A stretch of 64,000 bases of DNA, from positions 480,001 to 544,000 of the forward strand of contig CAVXWP010000008.1 of the NCBI GenBank assembly GCA_963765495.1, written 5' to 3'. The position numbers and the translations under genes were made by a program. The notes under the pieces are model-generated. The model did no database searches. It was given only the letters and a program-made list of their open reading frames with translations, and was not told where the DNA came from. Positions within the stretch are counted from its first letter, which is position 1. Each line of letters starts with the position of its first letter. This document shows positions 1 to 10,677 of this stretch, one piece after another. The DNA is from Blastocatellia bacterium (GTDB taxonomy: Bacteria; Acidobacteriota; Blastocatellia; UBA7656).

Positions 1-237
1 AATAATTGCGACTGGCGGATTCCGTCTCGAAATAAGCCGGGGTAAATAATCCAAACCGGATTCTGCCGCAAGTTTTACATCCAACAAGACCACGCCAGGT
101 TCGTGTCTGTCCACAAGCAAATCTGCAATGGTTGTATTTTCAGCTTCGTAGACCGCAAGTCCCTCTTTCTCTAAGGCTCGCCTGATCCCGTAACGCGCTG
201 CCGGTTCATCATCAACTACCAGAACATTAGAATTCAT
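1..237 (-). CDS. Response regulator receiver protein, 5' part (runs off the window edge)
   Basis: Manual translation from ATG 237 (in-frame alternatives 252, 258): MNSNVLVVDDEPAARYGIRRALEKEGLAVYEA...VVLLDVKLAAESGLDYL, a typical REC domain. Not in the ORF track. Confidence 0.85.
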   Translation of the reverse strand, partial: MNSNVLVVDDEPAARYGIRRALEKEGLAVYEAENTTIADLLVDRHEPGVVLLDVKLAAESGLDYLPRLISRRNPPVAII

Positions 238-349
238 ATTCAGATTCGACATGAACATCACCACATTAATTGTTTTACGGAAAAAAGTTATCAGACCTAT
301 TTCACAGCCAGGATTAGCAATCGAAAAACCCGAGTTTTATTGATCTACC

Positions 350-1669
350 TCACAAATATGCCAACATGACTCTAATATCTCTTAGGTTATTCCCAGCTGG
401 GCCGGTATTGATGAGACCGCCAAGCGCACGAAAAAATGCATTCGAATCATTTCTTTTCAGAAAATCAGATGCATTGAGACCAATACTCTTCGCCTGAGAA
501 AAGGTACTCGCGTCAGCAACCGCGCCAGTCGCCGTAGAGTTGCCATCAATTCCATCGGTTCCACAAGATAAGATGGCAAAGCGTGCTAAATCTTGCTTCT
601 CGTGAAGATACAACGCGGAGTATAGCACAAATTCCTGGTTACGCCCTCCTGCCCCAGAACCTGAAACCGGACAGATAACCTCACCACCTGAAAGCAAACA
701 CGCAGGTTTTCCCCGCTCACCATTTGCAAGCGTAAGCAGCCTGTTTATTAATCCCTCCGCAACAGCCTTATACTTGAATTCAAAGGGCGTTTCAATTACT
801 TCGGTATTAAAGCCACGATGGATTGCTTCGATTGCGGCAATTCGCAAAACATCCTGGTTGTCGCCTAAAAGCAAATGTGTCGAAGGCTGATTACTATCCG
901 TAAAATCAGGCGGAAACGCTATACCCTTTTCTTCAGCAAAATAGTTTGCGACCGAGGGGGGAATCTTTCCCCTGAGATCGTACTTTTCTATGATAAACTC
1001 CTGCTCCGCAGGCTCCACCGATTCGGGCAATAGTGGATTCGATGCTATTGATCTAATATCATCCGGATTTACATCTGAGAAATACAAGGCTATGACCCTG
1101 GCATTCCTTGCCTGATATCCCAGCCTCCCCCCCTTTATCGCAGAAATTCGCTTTCGGATGAGGTTGATTTCTTTTATTGGCGCGCCGCAACCAACAAGTA
1201 TTTTGTTTAATTGTCTATAATCATCCAGGGTAATCCGAGGAGAGACGGGCCACTCTACCAGTGAAGACCCTCCACCTGAGATCAAGAATAATAGCAAGGT
1301 GCGATGATTAATGGTGTTGACTGTCTCAAGTATCTTACGACCTGCTTCGAGACTACTTTCGTTTGGAAGGGGATGTCCCCCTACTATGACCTCAGACTTC
1401 AGGTCGATGTTATGTCGTCTATCAGTTACAAGAATGCCACGACTCAATCTCTCCCCCAACAAAGACTCAACGGACGATCCCATCTTTAGGCTTGCTTTCC
1501 CAAAGCCGATTAAAACAATTTCCTCGTATTCAGAAAGATCAATATATTCATTATTTACAGACAGTATCTCGCCTTTAAGTTTAAGTTTCTTATTAATAAT
1601 CGTTGTGGGGTCAACGCTATCGAGCGTACTTAGATAAATTTGGGTTGCTTGTTCTTTAAGATCAAACAT
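350..1669 (-). CDS. Glycerate 2-kinase, MOFRL/DUF4147 family
   Basis: GFGKA, HPLP, LISGGGSSL, GGRNQE, GTDGIDG and TGPAGNNLRD motifs. Likely start MFDLKEQ at 1669. Confidence 0.9.
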   Translation of the reverse strand: MFDLKEQATQIYLSTLDSVDPTTIINKKLKLKGEILSVNNEYIDLSEYEEIVLIGFGKASLKMGSSVESLLGERLSRGILVTDRRHNIDLKSEVIVGGHPLPNESSLEAGRKILETVNTINHRTLLLFLISGGGSSLVEWPVSPRITLDDYRQLNKILVGCGAPIKEINLIRKRISAIKGGRLGYQARNARVIALYFSDVNPDDIRSIASNPLLPESVEPAEQEFIIEKYDLRGKIPPSVANYFAEEKGIAFPPDFTDSNQPSTHLLLGDNQDVLRIAAIEAIHRGFNTEVIETPFEFKYKAVAEGLINRLLTLANGERGKPACLLSGGEVICPVSGSGAGGRNQEFVLYSALYLHEKQDLARFAILSCGTDGIDGNSTATGAVADASTFSQAKSIGLNASDFLKRNDSNAFFRALGGLINTGPAGNNLRDIRVMLAYL

Positions 1670-1732
1670 ACAGCCTGTCGCCTGCTTGAAGGAAGCCGTT
1701 ATTTTCCAGGTATTAGCCAGACAAAACAAGCG

Positions 1733-2545
1733 TCAAAGGTTCGGCATAAGCCACAAGGGTATCCCGATTGCCCCCTGACTTAGGATGCGGGTTTGACCAA
1801 GTCCAGTAAGTGGACTGAGTAGTTTTTGTATAAACCCTTTTCTCGGCTGAATCAACAAAATGTCAGGTTTGCCGGTAATACCTGCCAGTGATGCTGCGCG
1901 CATACAGGCGTCTTCAAGATCACCTAAAGTATCTATCAAACCACATTTGAGAGCTTGTCGTCCTGTCAGAATTCTTCCGTCGGCAATTTGCCTGACTTTA
2001 TCTTCAGAGATACTCCTTGAGGCAGCGACAATCTCAACAAACTGGTCGTGGGAGTCATTGATTACCCCCTGCAAGAGTTCTTCCTCATCACTCGAAAATG
2101 ATCTGTACGTTGCTAACATATCTTTATGAGGGCCAGATTTGACGACCTTCGGAGAAATGCCCACCTTTTCGTAGAGAAGGCTGAGATTGTTTGATTTTAT
2201 TATTACACCGATTGAACCAGTCACAGTTCCCGGATTTGCAAAGATACAATCGGCGGCCATCGAGAGATAAACTCCTCCTGAGGCCGCGACATCTCCCATG
2301 GAAGCCACAACGGGCATCCCCTTCTCTTTCAGCCGTTTGATGGATGCAAATATCTCCTGACAGGCAGCAACACTCCCACCCGGAGTGTTTAATCGCAAGA
2401 TGATACTTCGAGCATTTTTCCGTTCCGCTTCCTTCAGAGCAGAAATTATTTTGCTGCGGCTTGCCCCATATGTATCCCCATCTGCGATGATTCCTTCAAT
2501 CTTTATGATCGCGACTCTCTTCTTTTGTTTGCCAAAGAATCTCAT
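1733..2545 (-). CDS. sppA: Signal peptide peptidase SppA, short S49 form
   Basis: RLNTPGG, AASGGVY, TGSIGV and DGRILTGRQA motifs. Confidence 0.92.
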   Translation of the reverse strand: MRFFGKQKKRVAIIKIEGIIADGDTYGASRSKIISALKEAERKNARSIILRLNTPGGSVAACQEIFASIKRLKEKGMPVVASMGDVAASGGVYLSMAADCIFANPGTVTGSIGVIIKSNNLSLLYEKVGISPKVVKSGPHKDMLATYRSFSSDEEELLQGVINDSHDQFVEIVAASRSISEDKVRQIADGRILTGRQALKCGLIDTLGDLEDACMRAASLAGITGKPDILLIQPRKGFIQKLLSPLTGLGQTRILSQGAIGIPLWLMPNL

Positions 2546-3030
2546 AGATTTGGAACGGTCTGACTGGCAGCATATACTCTAGCCAGGATTTCCTCCAGTG
2601 TTGCCTCATCAGCCTCACCACGGGCAGCAATCTGTCTCGCTCCCCTATCGCATTCATTCTGTAGCAGATGGTTGCTGTGTCCTCGCGTCCACGACCATTT
2701 GATTTTATGAGGACTCGATGCCCGGCTTAATCTCGACCAGAAATCATGATTTGACTTCTGCCTGAAATTTCCATTTTGAGTCTCAACTACATATTTCGAG
2801 TCTGTTATCACTTCAACGTCACAGGGAACTTTAAGAGCTTCAAGCCCGATTGCCGCCGCTACTATCTCGGCCTGATTATTGGTGGCAAAGCCCAGATATT
2901 CACCGACGACCTTATGACTGGCTTTCCCTTCTACACCAACATAGGTGAGTATCCCCACCGCGCCTGCACGAGCCTCTTTACCGCCATTTCCCAGTGAACT
3001 CCCATCGCATACAATAGTGACTTTCTTCAT
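2542..3030 (-). CDS. rnhA: Ribonuclease HI
   Basis: CDGSSLGNG, TNNQAE, TDSKYV and WTRGH...NECD motifs. Confidence 0.92.
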   Translation of the reverse strand: MKKVTIVCDGSSLGNGGKEARAGAVGILTYVGVEGKASHKVVGEYLGFATNNQAEIVAAAIGLEALKVPCDVEVITDSKYVVETQNGNFRQKSNHDFWSRLSRASSPHKIKWSWTRGHSNHLLQNECDRGARQIAARGEADEATLEEILARVYAASQTVPNL

Positions 3031-3189
3031 TTCAGGGACATTATATTTGATTGATAACTTTAAAGGAAGAGAGGTAATGGGGCTAATGTTGATTCTTAAA
3101 TCGATGGAAGAAATATTAAGAAGGGCATAGCTTATAAGGGTTTTACTCGTACAAGTTATGCCCCCGCTCTTCTGACGTTCGAGTTAATT

Positions 3190-5178
3190 CTAAAGATCGA
3201 GATCAGATGAACTGATCCTAAAGTTTTGCATTAACCTTAATATATCCTGGCGTATAGCGTCCCATCTACTTCCGAGGCTATCGGCGGTGCGGGTTGTAGT
3301 AGTCGTGAATACAGCGTCTGTGCGTCTCGCCTGTCGAGCAAGAGCAAGAGCGGCTCCCCGCTTCCCTTCTGAATCCGACAGTGAGGTGAGCAGTCTGGAA
3401 TATAACTGAGCCGCGTTTGCAAAACTGTCAATGGCAAAAAGCAGTTCTATTTCCGGCTCTCCATACCTGCCGCGTCCATTTAGTTCCACCCCCGTCCCAG
3501 TCATTTTAACGCCAAGTATCCTCTGGTATTCCGCCAGTAATTCTTCGGCCTGTCTCTGTAGACTCACCCCCGTCGATGCCGTCTGTATAGCTCCTGTCTG
3601 TACAGTTCCCATCTGAGTTGTCCCTGTCTGGACATTCCCCAGAGGTATTGATACATCTCCCCCGGCTCCGTGAACTATAACCTGATGAACATAATCCACT
3701 TTGTCTTTCACGTTTAGCTCTATTTGCCCTCGGGTCAACACTTGCGTAGCGATCCCGTCGGGCTGAACAGCTCTGGCATAAACTTCAAGGGTATCTCCAT
3801 TGACAACGTGTTCGCCGTACCATCGCCAGCCTCCGGTATTCGCCTGGGTCGCAATTACAATCCTGATCCCTCCCCCTGGTAAACGATTGGCATTGGCGGA
3901 AATGACATTTGCTAAGACTACTACTGGCTTTGAGGAAGCCTCGGGCTTACGACTATTTGAAACCGGCTCCGGTCGCCTTGTGACAGGGGGGGCTGTTCCC
4001 AACATCCCGAGACTCTTTGCCGTTCCCGGATCGAGGTCCCCTGTTTCCGGCAATTTGTTTTCGCGCTGATAAACCTTAAGAGCATTTGAAGTTCGGGGAC
4101 TCATCTGTCCATCAATAGGGCCTTCATAATATCCGCGATCCCGCAAAGCGCCCTGTGCCCGTCGGACCATTTCCGGCGAAGAGAGCGGAAGGTTTGAGGT
4201 ATCCGGGGCCGGTTCAGGTTCACTGCTCGCGTTATCTTCAACACTCGAGTCCGGCTGATTTGTTCCATCATCCGGGAACCGATCATCGGTATTCGGCTGG
4301 TCTGGGTCCGGGTCTGGTTGTCTTCGATCTGGCACTGGAGTGGGGTATGTCCTTTCAGGTTGACGATCTCTTCGATAACCACCGTTATCTCGGTCTGCAT
4401 CCCGACCTGGAACCGGACCAGGGTCATTACTACCTACCCCTTGATCCGGGTAAGGATCATTTCTGTCATCACGGCCAAAACCTGTTTCGGAGACGTTTCC
4501 ATCACTTATTTCTAGAGGCTGTCTTAAATTGATGCCGAATGGAGTCCCCTGCGGCACTTCGGCTTCTTCCCCCTTCGAGAGAAGTACTCCGGCAATACCT
4601 GCTCCTGCCCCGGCTATGCCTCCAAGAACGGCCCCCTTGCTACCGCCTGCTATTCCACCAAGCACGGCACCGATAGCGCCTCCACCACCAACAAAAACGA
4701 CATTACGCTTGTCGGCATCTCCTGATACTCTCCCTTCATCATCAATCTGGTCCCTCATCTCAGGATCATCCGAAGTCAGGGAACCGACAAGAGCGACGCG
4801 AGACCCGTTGGGGAAAATAAGCGTGTCAAAATCAATTGCAATCGAGCCGGACTTGCTCATGCGCTTCGCGGGCGTTACCTGTGTGACACGTCCCTCAACT
4901 TTCGACCCGGCTGGAATTGCGGTCCTGCCATTGACATAAACAGGGATTGTCACTGTGGCTGTAAATCTATCGCCAACGTGGGAACTTCTCGACCCCAGAT
5001 AGCTATCCATCCTCATACTTATCACTGTATCAGAAGGGATAGTCATGCTTCGGCCGCTATACTGGCGTGAGCCATTACGTGGGCGGGAATTTTGCGCGCT
5101 GGCCGATAGCCCGAGGGGGGATGTCAGGATGAACATTAACAAACATAAAATTAGTAGCCTCAGATGCTTAGATAACAT
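3190..5178 (-). CDS. Secreted protein with a TrbI/VirB10-like beta domain, glycine zipper, Pro/Asp-rich linker and peptidoglycan-binding domain
   Basis: Signal peptide from ATG 5178 with GGAGG RBS. VGDRFTATV...IPAGSKVEGRV, GAIGAVLGGIAGG, and PG-binding AQGALRDRGYYEGPIDG...YQRENKLPETGDLD. Confidence 0.7.
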   Translation of the reverse strand: MLSKHLRLLILCLLMFILTSPLGLSASAQNSRPRNGSRQYSGRSMTIPSDTVISMRMDSYLGSRSSHVGDRFTATVTIPVYVNGRTAIPAGSKVEGRVTQVTPAKRMSKSGSIAIDFDTLIFPNGSRVALVGSLTSDDPEMRDQIDDEGRVSGDADKRNVVFVGGGGAIGAVLGGIAGGSKGAVLGGIAGAGAGIAGVLLSKGEEAEVPQGTPFGINLRQPLEISDGNVSETGFGRDDRNDPYPDQGVGSNDPGPVPGRDADRDNGGYRRDRQPERTYPTPVPDRRQPDPDPDQPNTDDRFPDDGTNQPDSSVEDNASSEPEPAPDTSNLPLSSPEMVRRAQGALRDRGYYEGPIDGQMSPRTSNALKVYQRENKLPETGDLDPGTAKSLGMLGTAPPVTRRPEPVSNSRKPEASSKPVVVLANVISANANRLPGGGIRIVIATQANTGGWRWYGEHVVNGDTLEVYARAVQPDGIATQVLTRGQIELNVKDKVDYVHQVIVHGAGGDVSIPLGNVQTGTTQMGTVQTGAIQTASTGVSLQRQAEELLAEYQRILGVKMTGTGVELNGRGRYGEPEIELLFAIDSFANAAQLYSRLLTSLSDSEGKRGAALALARQARRTDAVFTTTTTRTADSLGSRWDAIRQDILRLMQNFRISSSDLDL

Positions 5179-5270
5179 GAGATTTACCTCCATCACAAGA
5201 AAACAGGTTGACCGGGAGATGATACACAGATGTTCTGACGCTCCTGACTCGCTCTTTTGTTGTCCGGTTG

Positions 5271-6998
5271 TCATAAATCAATTGGCAATCTCACCTGCAC
5301 CGTAGTCCCCTCACCGGGGTTGCTCTTTATAACCAGATCCCCCCGATGCATCTCAGCGATCTTCTTTGAGATCGCCATGCCCAGCCCTGTCCCCTTTTGC
5401 TTTGTTGTGTAAAAAGGTTCGAACAGCCGCCTGAGCGTTTCCGGGTCCATCCCGGTCCCGTGATCTATTACATCAACTCTTATCGAGTTCCCTTCCTCAG
5501 ACATTGTCTTCACCTCGATCTTACTTCCTTCATTACTGGCATCGATAGCATTTATTATCAGATTCAAAAATAGTTTTCTCAATTCGGTGGCGTCATAAAG
5601 ACCGTCTTGAATATCCGGGCGGAATTCCTTTTCGATCACAATTCCCTTGGCGTTCAACCGGTCAGCAAGCATAGGCATCATATCTTCGAGCAGGCGATTT
5701 ACGTTTACCTCAGACCTGTGCATCTGTTTTGGCCTTGCAAACTCCGATAGCTCCGAAACAATTTCAGTCAGATGATTGACGCTCCGTTCAATAACTTCAA
5801 TCGTTTCACCGATCTCGTTTCCATTTAAAGATATTTTACGTTTGAGGACCTCGGTGGCAAACTTGATGCTTCCAAGCGGGTTTTTCACCTCGTGCGCGAT
5901 TTGCGCGGTCATCTGCCCGACTGCCGTCAACGCGCGATTTCGTCGGAGTTCTTCCTGCGCCTGTTCAGCCGATGTAATGTCAACAAAGACCAGGATCAGC
6001 CCTCTTGACTCTTCACTGATCATCAAAGGCGATGAAGAGACATCAAAGAGTAACCCTCCTATCACTGCCCTACCAAGATAGCGGCTGAATTGTGGTTTCT
6101 CCTCAAGATCTGCGGCGATTTGCTCATTCCAGGAGTTTTTCTCCTTGAACAATCTTGTATAGCTCTGGCCAACCAGATCGGCAGAATCTATCCCGGGCAC
6201 ACTTCGAAACGATGCGCTTACAACCTCAATTCTGCCGTCTTGCCCCACCACTACAACTCCAGAGATCAAACTATCAAAGAGAGATTGAAGATAATCTCTG
6301 GCCTCTGAACTCTGTTTATAAGCAACTCCAAGATTATTGAGAGTCCGTCGAATTTCATAAAATGTTAAGGCAGCAATTACACCACCCACTATTAGAATGG
6401 CAATTGTCGCGAGCCGTATCTTTTTGCGCGCATTGTGACTTAAAAGCTCCGACCTTTCATCATTAAGCTGACGTTCGGTTGAGACAAGTGTTTCAAGATT
6501 CTTCATCGCCTGGATCAATCCCAGTCGCGCATTCACCCATATATCCGAGCGGTCGCCTGAGACACCATCCCAATATTCAGAGAATGAGGCTAAAAGGTCT
6601 TTCCATTCCTGAGTTTCAGAGAGGCTCGACTTTGATGCGGATTCGAACTGGGAATCGAGGTCCCGTTTCAAGTCTTTCAACCGTCGGTTCTGCACCCCGC
6701 CCAAAAGGCTCTTGTCGCCTTTTGCAAGCGGCTCGCGGGCTTCCGTCATAATCAAACGAATGATTTCGTTGGTTTCCAGAACGAGAATTCTATGGTTAGC
6801 CTCTACCTGATGAAATTCAGAGATATCTTCTTCTACAGTAAGGAGCGCGTGCTGGCTCCAAAACCCCAGCCCTCCAATCAGAATTAGCAAGAATACAAAC
6901 CCTACAAGCAAGACATTTCTGACAAGCGATTCTGCCTTGATCGGTATTATGCGTGAGCTGAGGTTTAGCTTATCCAAGTATTGTTTGGGCATATTCAA
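5271..6998 (-). CDS. Membrane PAS sensor histidine kinase (NtrB-like)
   Basis: Two TM segments, H-box AHEVKNPL, N-box NLIINAIDA, DHGTG, FEPFYTTK, GTGLG. Confidence 0.92.
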   Translation of the reverse strand: MNMPKQYLDKLNLSSRIIPIKAESLVRNVLLVGFVFLLILIGGLGFWSQHALLTVEEDISEFHQVEANHRILVLETNEIIRLIMTEAREPLAKGDKSLLGGVQNRRLKDLKRDLDSQFESASKSSLSETQEWKDLLASFSEYWDGVSGDRSDIWVNARLGLIQAMKNLETLVSTERQLNDERSELLSHNARKKIRLATIAILIVGGVIAALTFYEIRRTLNNLGVAYKQSSEARDYLQSLFDSLISGVVVVGQDGRIEVVSASFRSVPGIDSADLVGQSYTRLFKEKNSWNEQIAADLEEKPQFSRYLGRAVIGGLLFDVSSSPLMISEESRGLILVFVDITSAEQAQEELRRNRALTAVGQMTAQIAHEVKNPLGSIKFATEVLKRKISLNGNEIGETIEVIERSVNHLTEIVSELSEFARPKQMHRSEVNVNRLLEDMMPMLADRLNAKGIVIEKEFRPDIQDGLYDATELRKLFLNLIINAIDASNEGSKIEVKTMSEEGNSIRVDVIDHGTGMDPETLRRLFEPFYTTKQKGTGLGMAISKKIAEMHRGDLVIKSNPGEGTTVQVRLPIDL

Positions 6999-9900
6999 GC
7001 CCCGTCACTCGTGCCTCTTACTGAGACTACTCGATCTGTAAACCCTTCAAAAGCATCATCGTGGCTGATGACAAATAGCTGGTCGAAATCCTTTATCCGG
7101 CCTATCTGCTGAGCCAGATTCCTCCGGCGTTCCTCATCCATATTCGTCGTCGGCTCATCAAAGAAAGCAACCCGCATATCTGATAATTCCTTTAACAATG
7201 CAAGACGGATAGACAGCGCTGCGGCCATCTGCTCACCACCTGAAAGACTTGCAAATGAACGCTCATGGCCGTCCTCTTCCTGCACGACTTCGTATCCCAT
7301 GTCCCATCTTAGTGATACCATAGGATTGCCGGTAATTTCCCTATAGAGTTGATTGGCCTCGATTGAAATAGATTGGAGATGGGCCTCGGTGATAAAGGGG
7401 CCGGCTTTTCGCAAGATGTCACGGATGAATTCTGAAATCGAGAGCAATTGTTTACTTTGCTCACTGCGAACGAGCAACGATTCCATGCGATCCCTGACTT
7501 CTTTGAGCCGGTCGATTTCAATCTTTAATTCCTCTAGCCTGCTGAGAACCGACTTCAACTCTGTCGAGATAGAGGCGACCCGGTTTATCAATTGTTCAAG
7601 ATCAACTGCCAGGGCTAAATGCTTTTCGTAGTTGTATTTTGATCTCTTAAGTTCCAACTCTTCATTAACTTTTTCCAATTCCGCCCGAAATGTTTCCAGC
7701 TTTTCGTCTACCTCAGCTAGTTCGGCCTCTCGGGGTATCAAGAGGGCAGATATCGGTTGATTTTCGATATAAGTGAGGTAATCCCTCTCGGATGCTGCGC
7801 GTCTCTCCCGCTCGCTGAAAATGGCGTCGTCCAGCCCCTGAAACTCCTCTATTCTCCCCTTTAATTCTGTGACGATTAACTCAAGACTGCGGGACTTGTT
7901 TTCATAGTCTTCGAGCAGGCTACGAACTTCCTTCTCCTTTTCAATAGCATGGTTTAGCATTCGAACCCGCCCTCGCGGATCATCGAGCTTTCTGAGTTCA
8001 ACCTCAAGAGTAACCATTTCGGTAGTAAGGCCGCTATGAGAATCTATACGGGCTTTTATCTCGGTCTGCGCGTTTCGTCTCTCCGTGCCTTCGATCTTTA
8101 ATCGATCCAACCGTTCACGCAGAGGGCCTACGGCTTCATACTTACCCCTCGCTTCTTGAGCCTGAATCAACTGGTCATTTACCAGATTGAGTGCCTCTTC
8201 AAGTTTGCCGACGATCCCTTCGGAAACCTTCGAATCCTTTATCTCACCCTCTATGCGTGCAGCATCCCTGCGATTTATTTCCAGATCTTCCCGAATGCGT
8301 CCCAATTGAACGCGCTTTGAATCAAGGGCCGATGCTATTTTGAGAGCCTTTCTGGCTTCAGCAAGCTGGCTTAAGACCGCCTTCTTTTTAACTTCAATAG
8401 CGGCAAGCCGGTCAAGCGCGGAACCAACCTGGACTTTAAAGTACTGATCCAACCCCTCCCCTTCTCTCATATTGAGGCAACGCTGGGCCAGTAGCGGGCA
8501 AAGACCATCTTTTACCTGCGAGAGAATCTCTTTTTCTCTTTTAATAATTTCCTTTACCGCCGCCACCTCTTCTGTAACGGTCTGGCTATCAGCTTCAAGC
8601 TGAGGAAGCTTTTCAGCCTGCTTCTCCGCATCTCCACCCAGATCAATCTCTCTTTCCAGTGTGTGGATTTCTCCCTCAAATCGTGAGATGACATCCCTCA
8701 ACCGGTTGTATTCCCGCTTCCGCTCGCCAAGCCTTTCGAGTGCCACTCGCATTTCTCTAAGTTCAACTTCTGAGGACACACGCTTCTTCTCAAGCAGGGG
8801 GACGCTTTCGGCAGACTCCCTGAGCTTCTCCGCCTCATCAATCTGTCTGGAGATTCCGGCAAATTCTTTCCTCAAGGTCTGCAATTCCTTCTCCCCGGCC
8901 TGATACCTCTCCTCAAGGGCCCCGAGATGGCCTAATAGCTTTTGGACATCGCTCCGTCGTGTTTCGAGCCGCTCCTGCTCGCCTATCAACGGCCGCAATC
9001 TCTCAATCTCGGTCTTATCAGCCTCTATTTGCTTGAGGTTATCCCTCGTCCCCTGAAGTGATGCTTCAATCTGATAGCCCTCGCGTTCCTTCTCGCTAAG
9101 CTCTTTCTTGATTATGTCTCTTTCTCTTAATCTGGGCTCAAGCTCTGTAATTCGTCTGGTAGAATCATTATAAGACTCATAACCGGATGTGGAGGCTTCT
9201 ACGGCTTCCTGCGCACGTCTTGCCCTATCCACATCCTTGCGGAGATTTTCCCGACGTGCGGCTATCTCCTCGAGACGAGATGAGAGGGCTGAGAATTCAC
9301 CTGTCAGCCGCTCGATATCTTTTTTCAACTGATCCTGGGTGAAGAGGTCCGCGCGAATCATCTCGCGTTGTGATTCAGCTACGGCCAGGTCGGTCTCGAG
9401 TTGCGTTCTCAAGGATTCGAACCGAACATTTTCGGAGACCAGCCCCTCCAGAGCGGCCAACTCCACTTCGACTCGCGCAATCTCTTCCCGCGTCTCGTAT
9501 TCTCTGGTCTCAACCAATCTGACAATCGAACGCAAGTCCTCTGAGGATCGTTGATATTCATCGACTCTCAGCACCTTGTCGAAGCTGACCTTTCTCCGAG
9601 CCGGTTGATCGGCGAAATCCACCGCAAAGGTACCCTGTGGAACTCCTATTGTAGAGGTGAAGAGAGATTTCAGATCCACCCCCGGCTCCACGCCGAGATG
9701 TTGTTTGATCCAGCCACTTACCTGACTCTTTTGTTCAACAAGCCTCATCTTTGTAATGGGGTCATAGATATAATATCCCGAGCCTGTGTCACGATAGACA
9801 GTATATTCCCTGCCGTCGATGGAAGAGACGAAGGTAACACGGACCGCCCCTTTTTTTGCGCCTCGGCGGAGGAAATCCTCTTTCTTATATGGCAGGTGGT

Positions 9901-10066
9901 CAAACAACGCCCAGGCGATGGCCTCAAGGATGGTCGTTTTCCCTGCTCCGTTCGGGCCGCTAATCGCTGTCACACCCGGACTAAACTCGAAGTCGCCCGT
10001 CTCATAGCTCTTTATGTTTTCAAGCTCAACTCTGGAAATCAGCATAGGTTCTCTGCTCGCTGTCAA
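6995..10066 (-). CDS. sbcC: SbcC/Rad50-like SMC-family ATPase
   Basis: Walker A GPNGAGKT, long coiled coil, LSGGE signature, FFDEPT, ISHD. Confidence 0.85.
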   Translation of the reverse strand: MTASREPMLISRVELENIKSYETGDFEFSPGVTAISGPNGAGKTTILEAIAWALFDHLPYKKEDFLRRGAKKGAVRVTFVSSIDGREYTVYRDTGSGYYIYDPITKMRLVEQKSQVSGWIKQHLGVEPGVDLKSLFTSTIGVPQGTFAVDFADQPARRKVSFDKVLRVDEYQRSSEDLRSIVRLVETREYETREEIARVEVELAALEGLVSENVRFESLRTQLETDLAVAESQREMIRADLFTQDQLKKDIERLTGEFSALSSRLEEIAARRENLRKDVDRARRAQEAVEASTSGYESYNDSTRRITELEPRLRERDIIKKELSEKEREGYQIEASLQGTRDNLKQIEADKTEIERLRPLIGEQERLETRRSDVQKLLGHLGALEERYQAGEKELQTLRKEFAGISRQIDEAEKLRESAESVPLLEKKRVSSEVELREMRVALERLGERKREYNRLRDVISRFEGEIHTLEREIDLGGDAEKQAEKLPQLEADSQTVTEEVAAVKEIIKREKEILSQVKDGLCPLLAQRCLNMREGEGLDQYFKVQVGSALDRLAAIEVKKKAVLSQLAEARKALKIASALDSKRVQLGRIREDLEINRRDAARIEGEIKDSKVSEGIVGKLEEALNLVNDQLIQAQEARGKYEAVGPLRERLDRLKIEGTERRNAQTEIKARIDSHSGLTTEMVTLEVELRKLDDPRGRVRMLNHAIEKEKEVRSLLEDYENKSRSLELIVTELKGRIEEFQGLDDAIFSERERRAASERDYLTYIENQPISALLIPREAELAEVDEKLETFRAELEKVNEELELKRSKYNYEKHLALAVDLEQLINRVASISTELKSVLSRLEELKIEIDRLKEVRDRMESLLVRSEQSKQLLSISEFIRDILRKAGPFITEAHLQSISIEANQLYREITGNPMVSLRWDMGYEVVQEEDGHERSFASLSGGEQMAAALSIRLALLKELSDMRVAFFDEPTTNMDEERRRNLAQQIGRIKDFDQLFVISHDDAFEGFTDRVVSVRGTSDGA

Positions 10067-10197
10067 CTGGTGATTTTTCTGTGAGGATCAGTTAACTCAC
10101 ATTTGATTTTAACACGCACATTCTCTCATAAGAAATTGTCTTACTGTGCCTCAATGCGGGATTTGTGAATCAGGCCGATTTGGGATAGAGTGATGAA

Positions 10198-10482
10198 ATG
10201 GAAAAGCCGATAATTAGGGAATTCAAAGGTATTGAGGCTAGCACATCTCAATCTGTCGAGCTTGATAAGCGGAGCCAATATTATATATTCCCTGTGGATA
10301 CCATGGACCTTGAGCCGGGAGATGAAATCCTGGTCCTAGTTGAACAGGAGCCCCTTCTAGAGAAGGAGTCCTATGGTATCGTCTTCCGAATCACATCGAA
10401 ATCGACACCTGATGAAGATGAATTCGTATTGCAATATGGCGATAAGGTTTTAGTAGCTCAAAAGATGCCGGACTTCATCTGA
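10198..10482 (+). CDS. Hypothetical protein (94 aa, acidic)
   Basis: ATG ORF filling the gap between known genes; no motif recognised. Confidence 0.55.
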   Translation: MEKPIIREFKGIEASTSQSVELDKRSQYYIFPVDTMDLEPGDEILVLVEQEPLLEKESYGIVFRITSKSTPDEDEFVLQYGDKVLVAQKMPDFI

Positions 10483-10677
10483 TATTGATTCGCCACAACC
10501 CAGGAACAGATTGAAGCGATATAGACCGGGTTGATTTCAACAATAGTCATGTATAATATCGGTTTCGAGGACCCCCTCAGAATTTAACCCGTTGTGGGGA
10601 CCTCTCTGGTTGCTTCCTCCTCACAAGGCGTATGGCTTCGAGCCGGATTGAATATAATTCTCAGGTTGGATTTATAG

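Noticed and set aside
10557-10650. Possible structured 5' UTR after TATAAT upstream of gene 10678
   Set aside because: Only weak, bulged pairings with no tetraloop or family signature.
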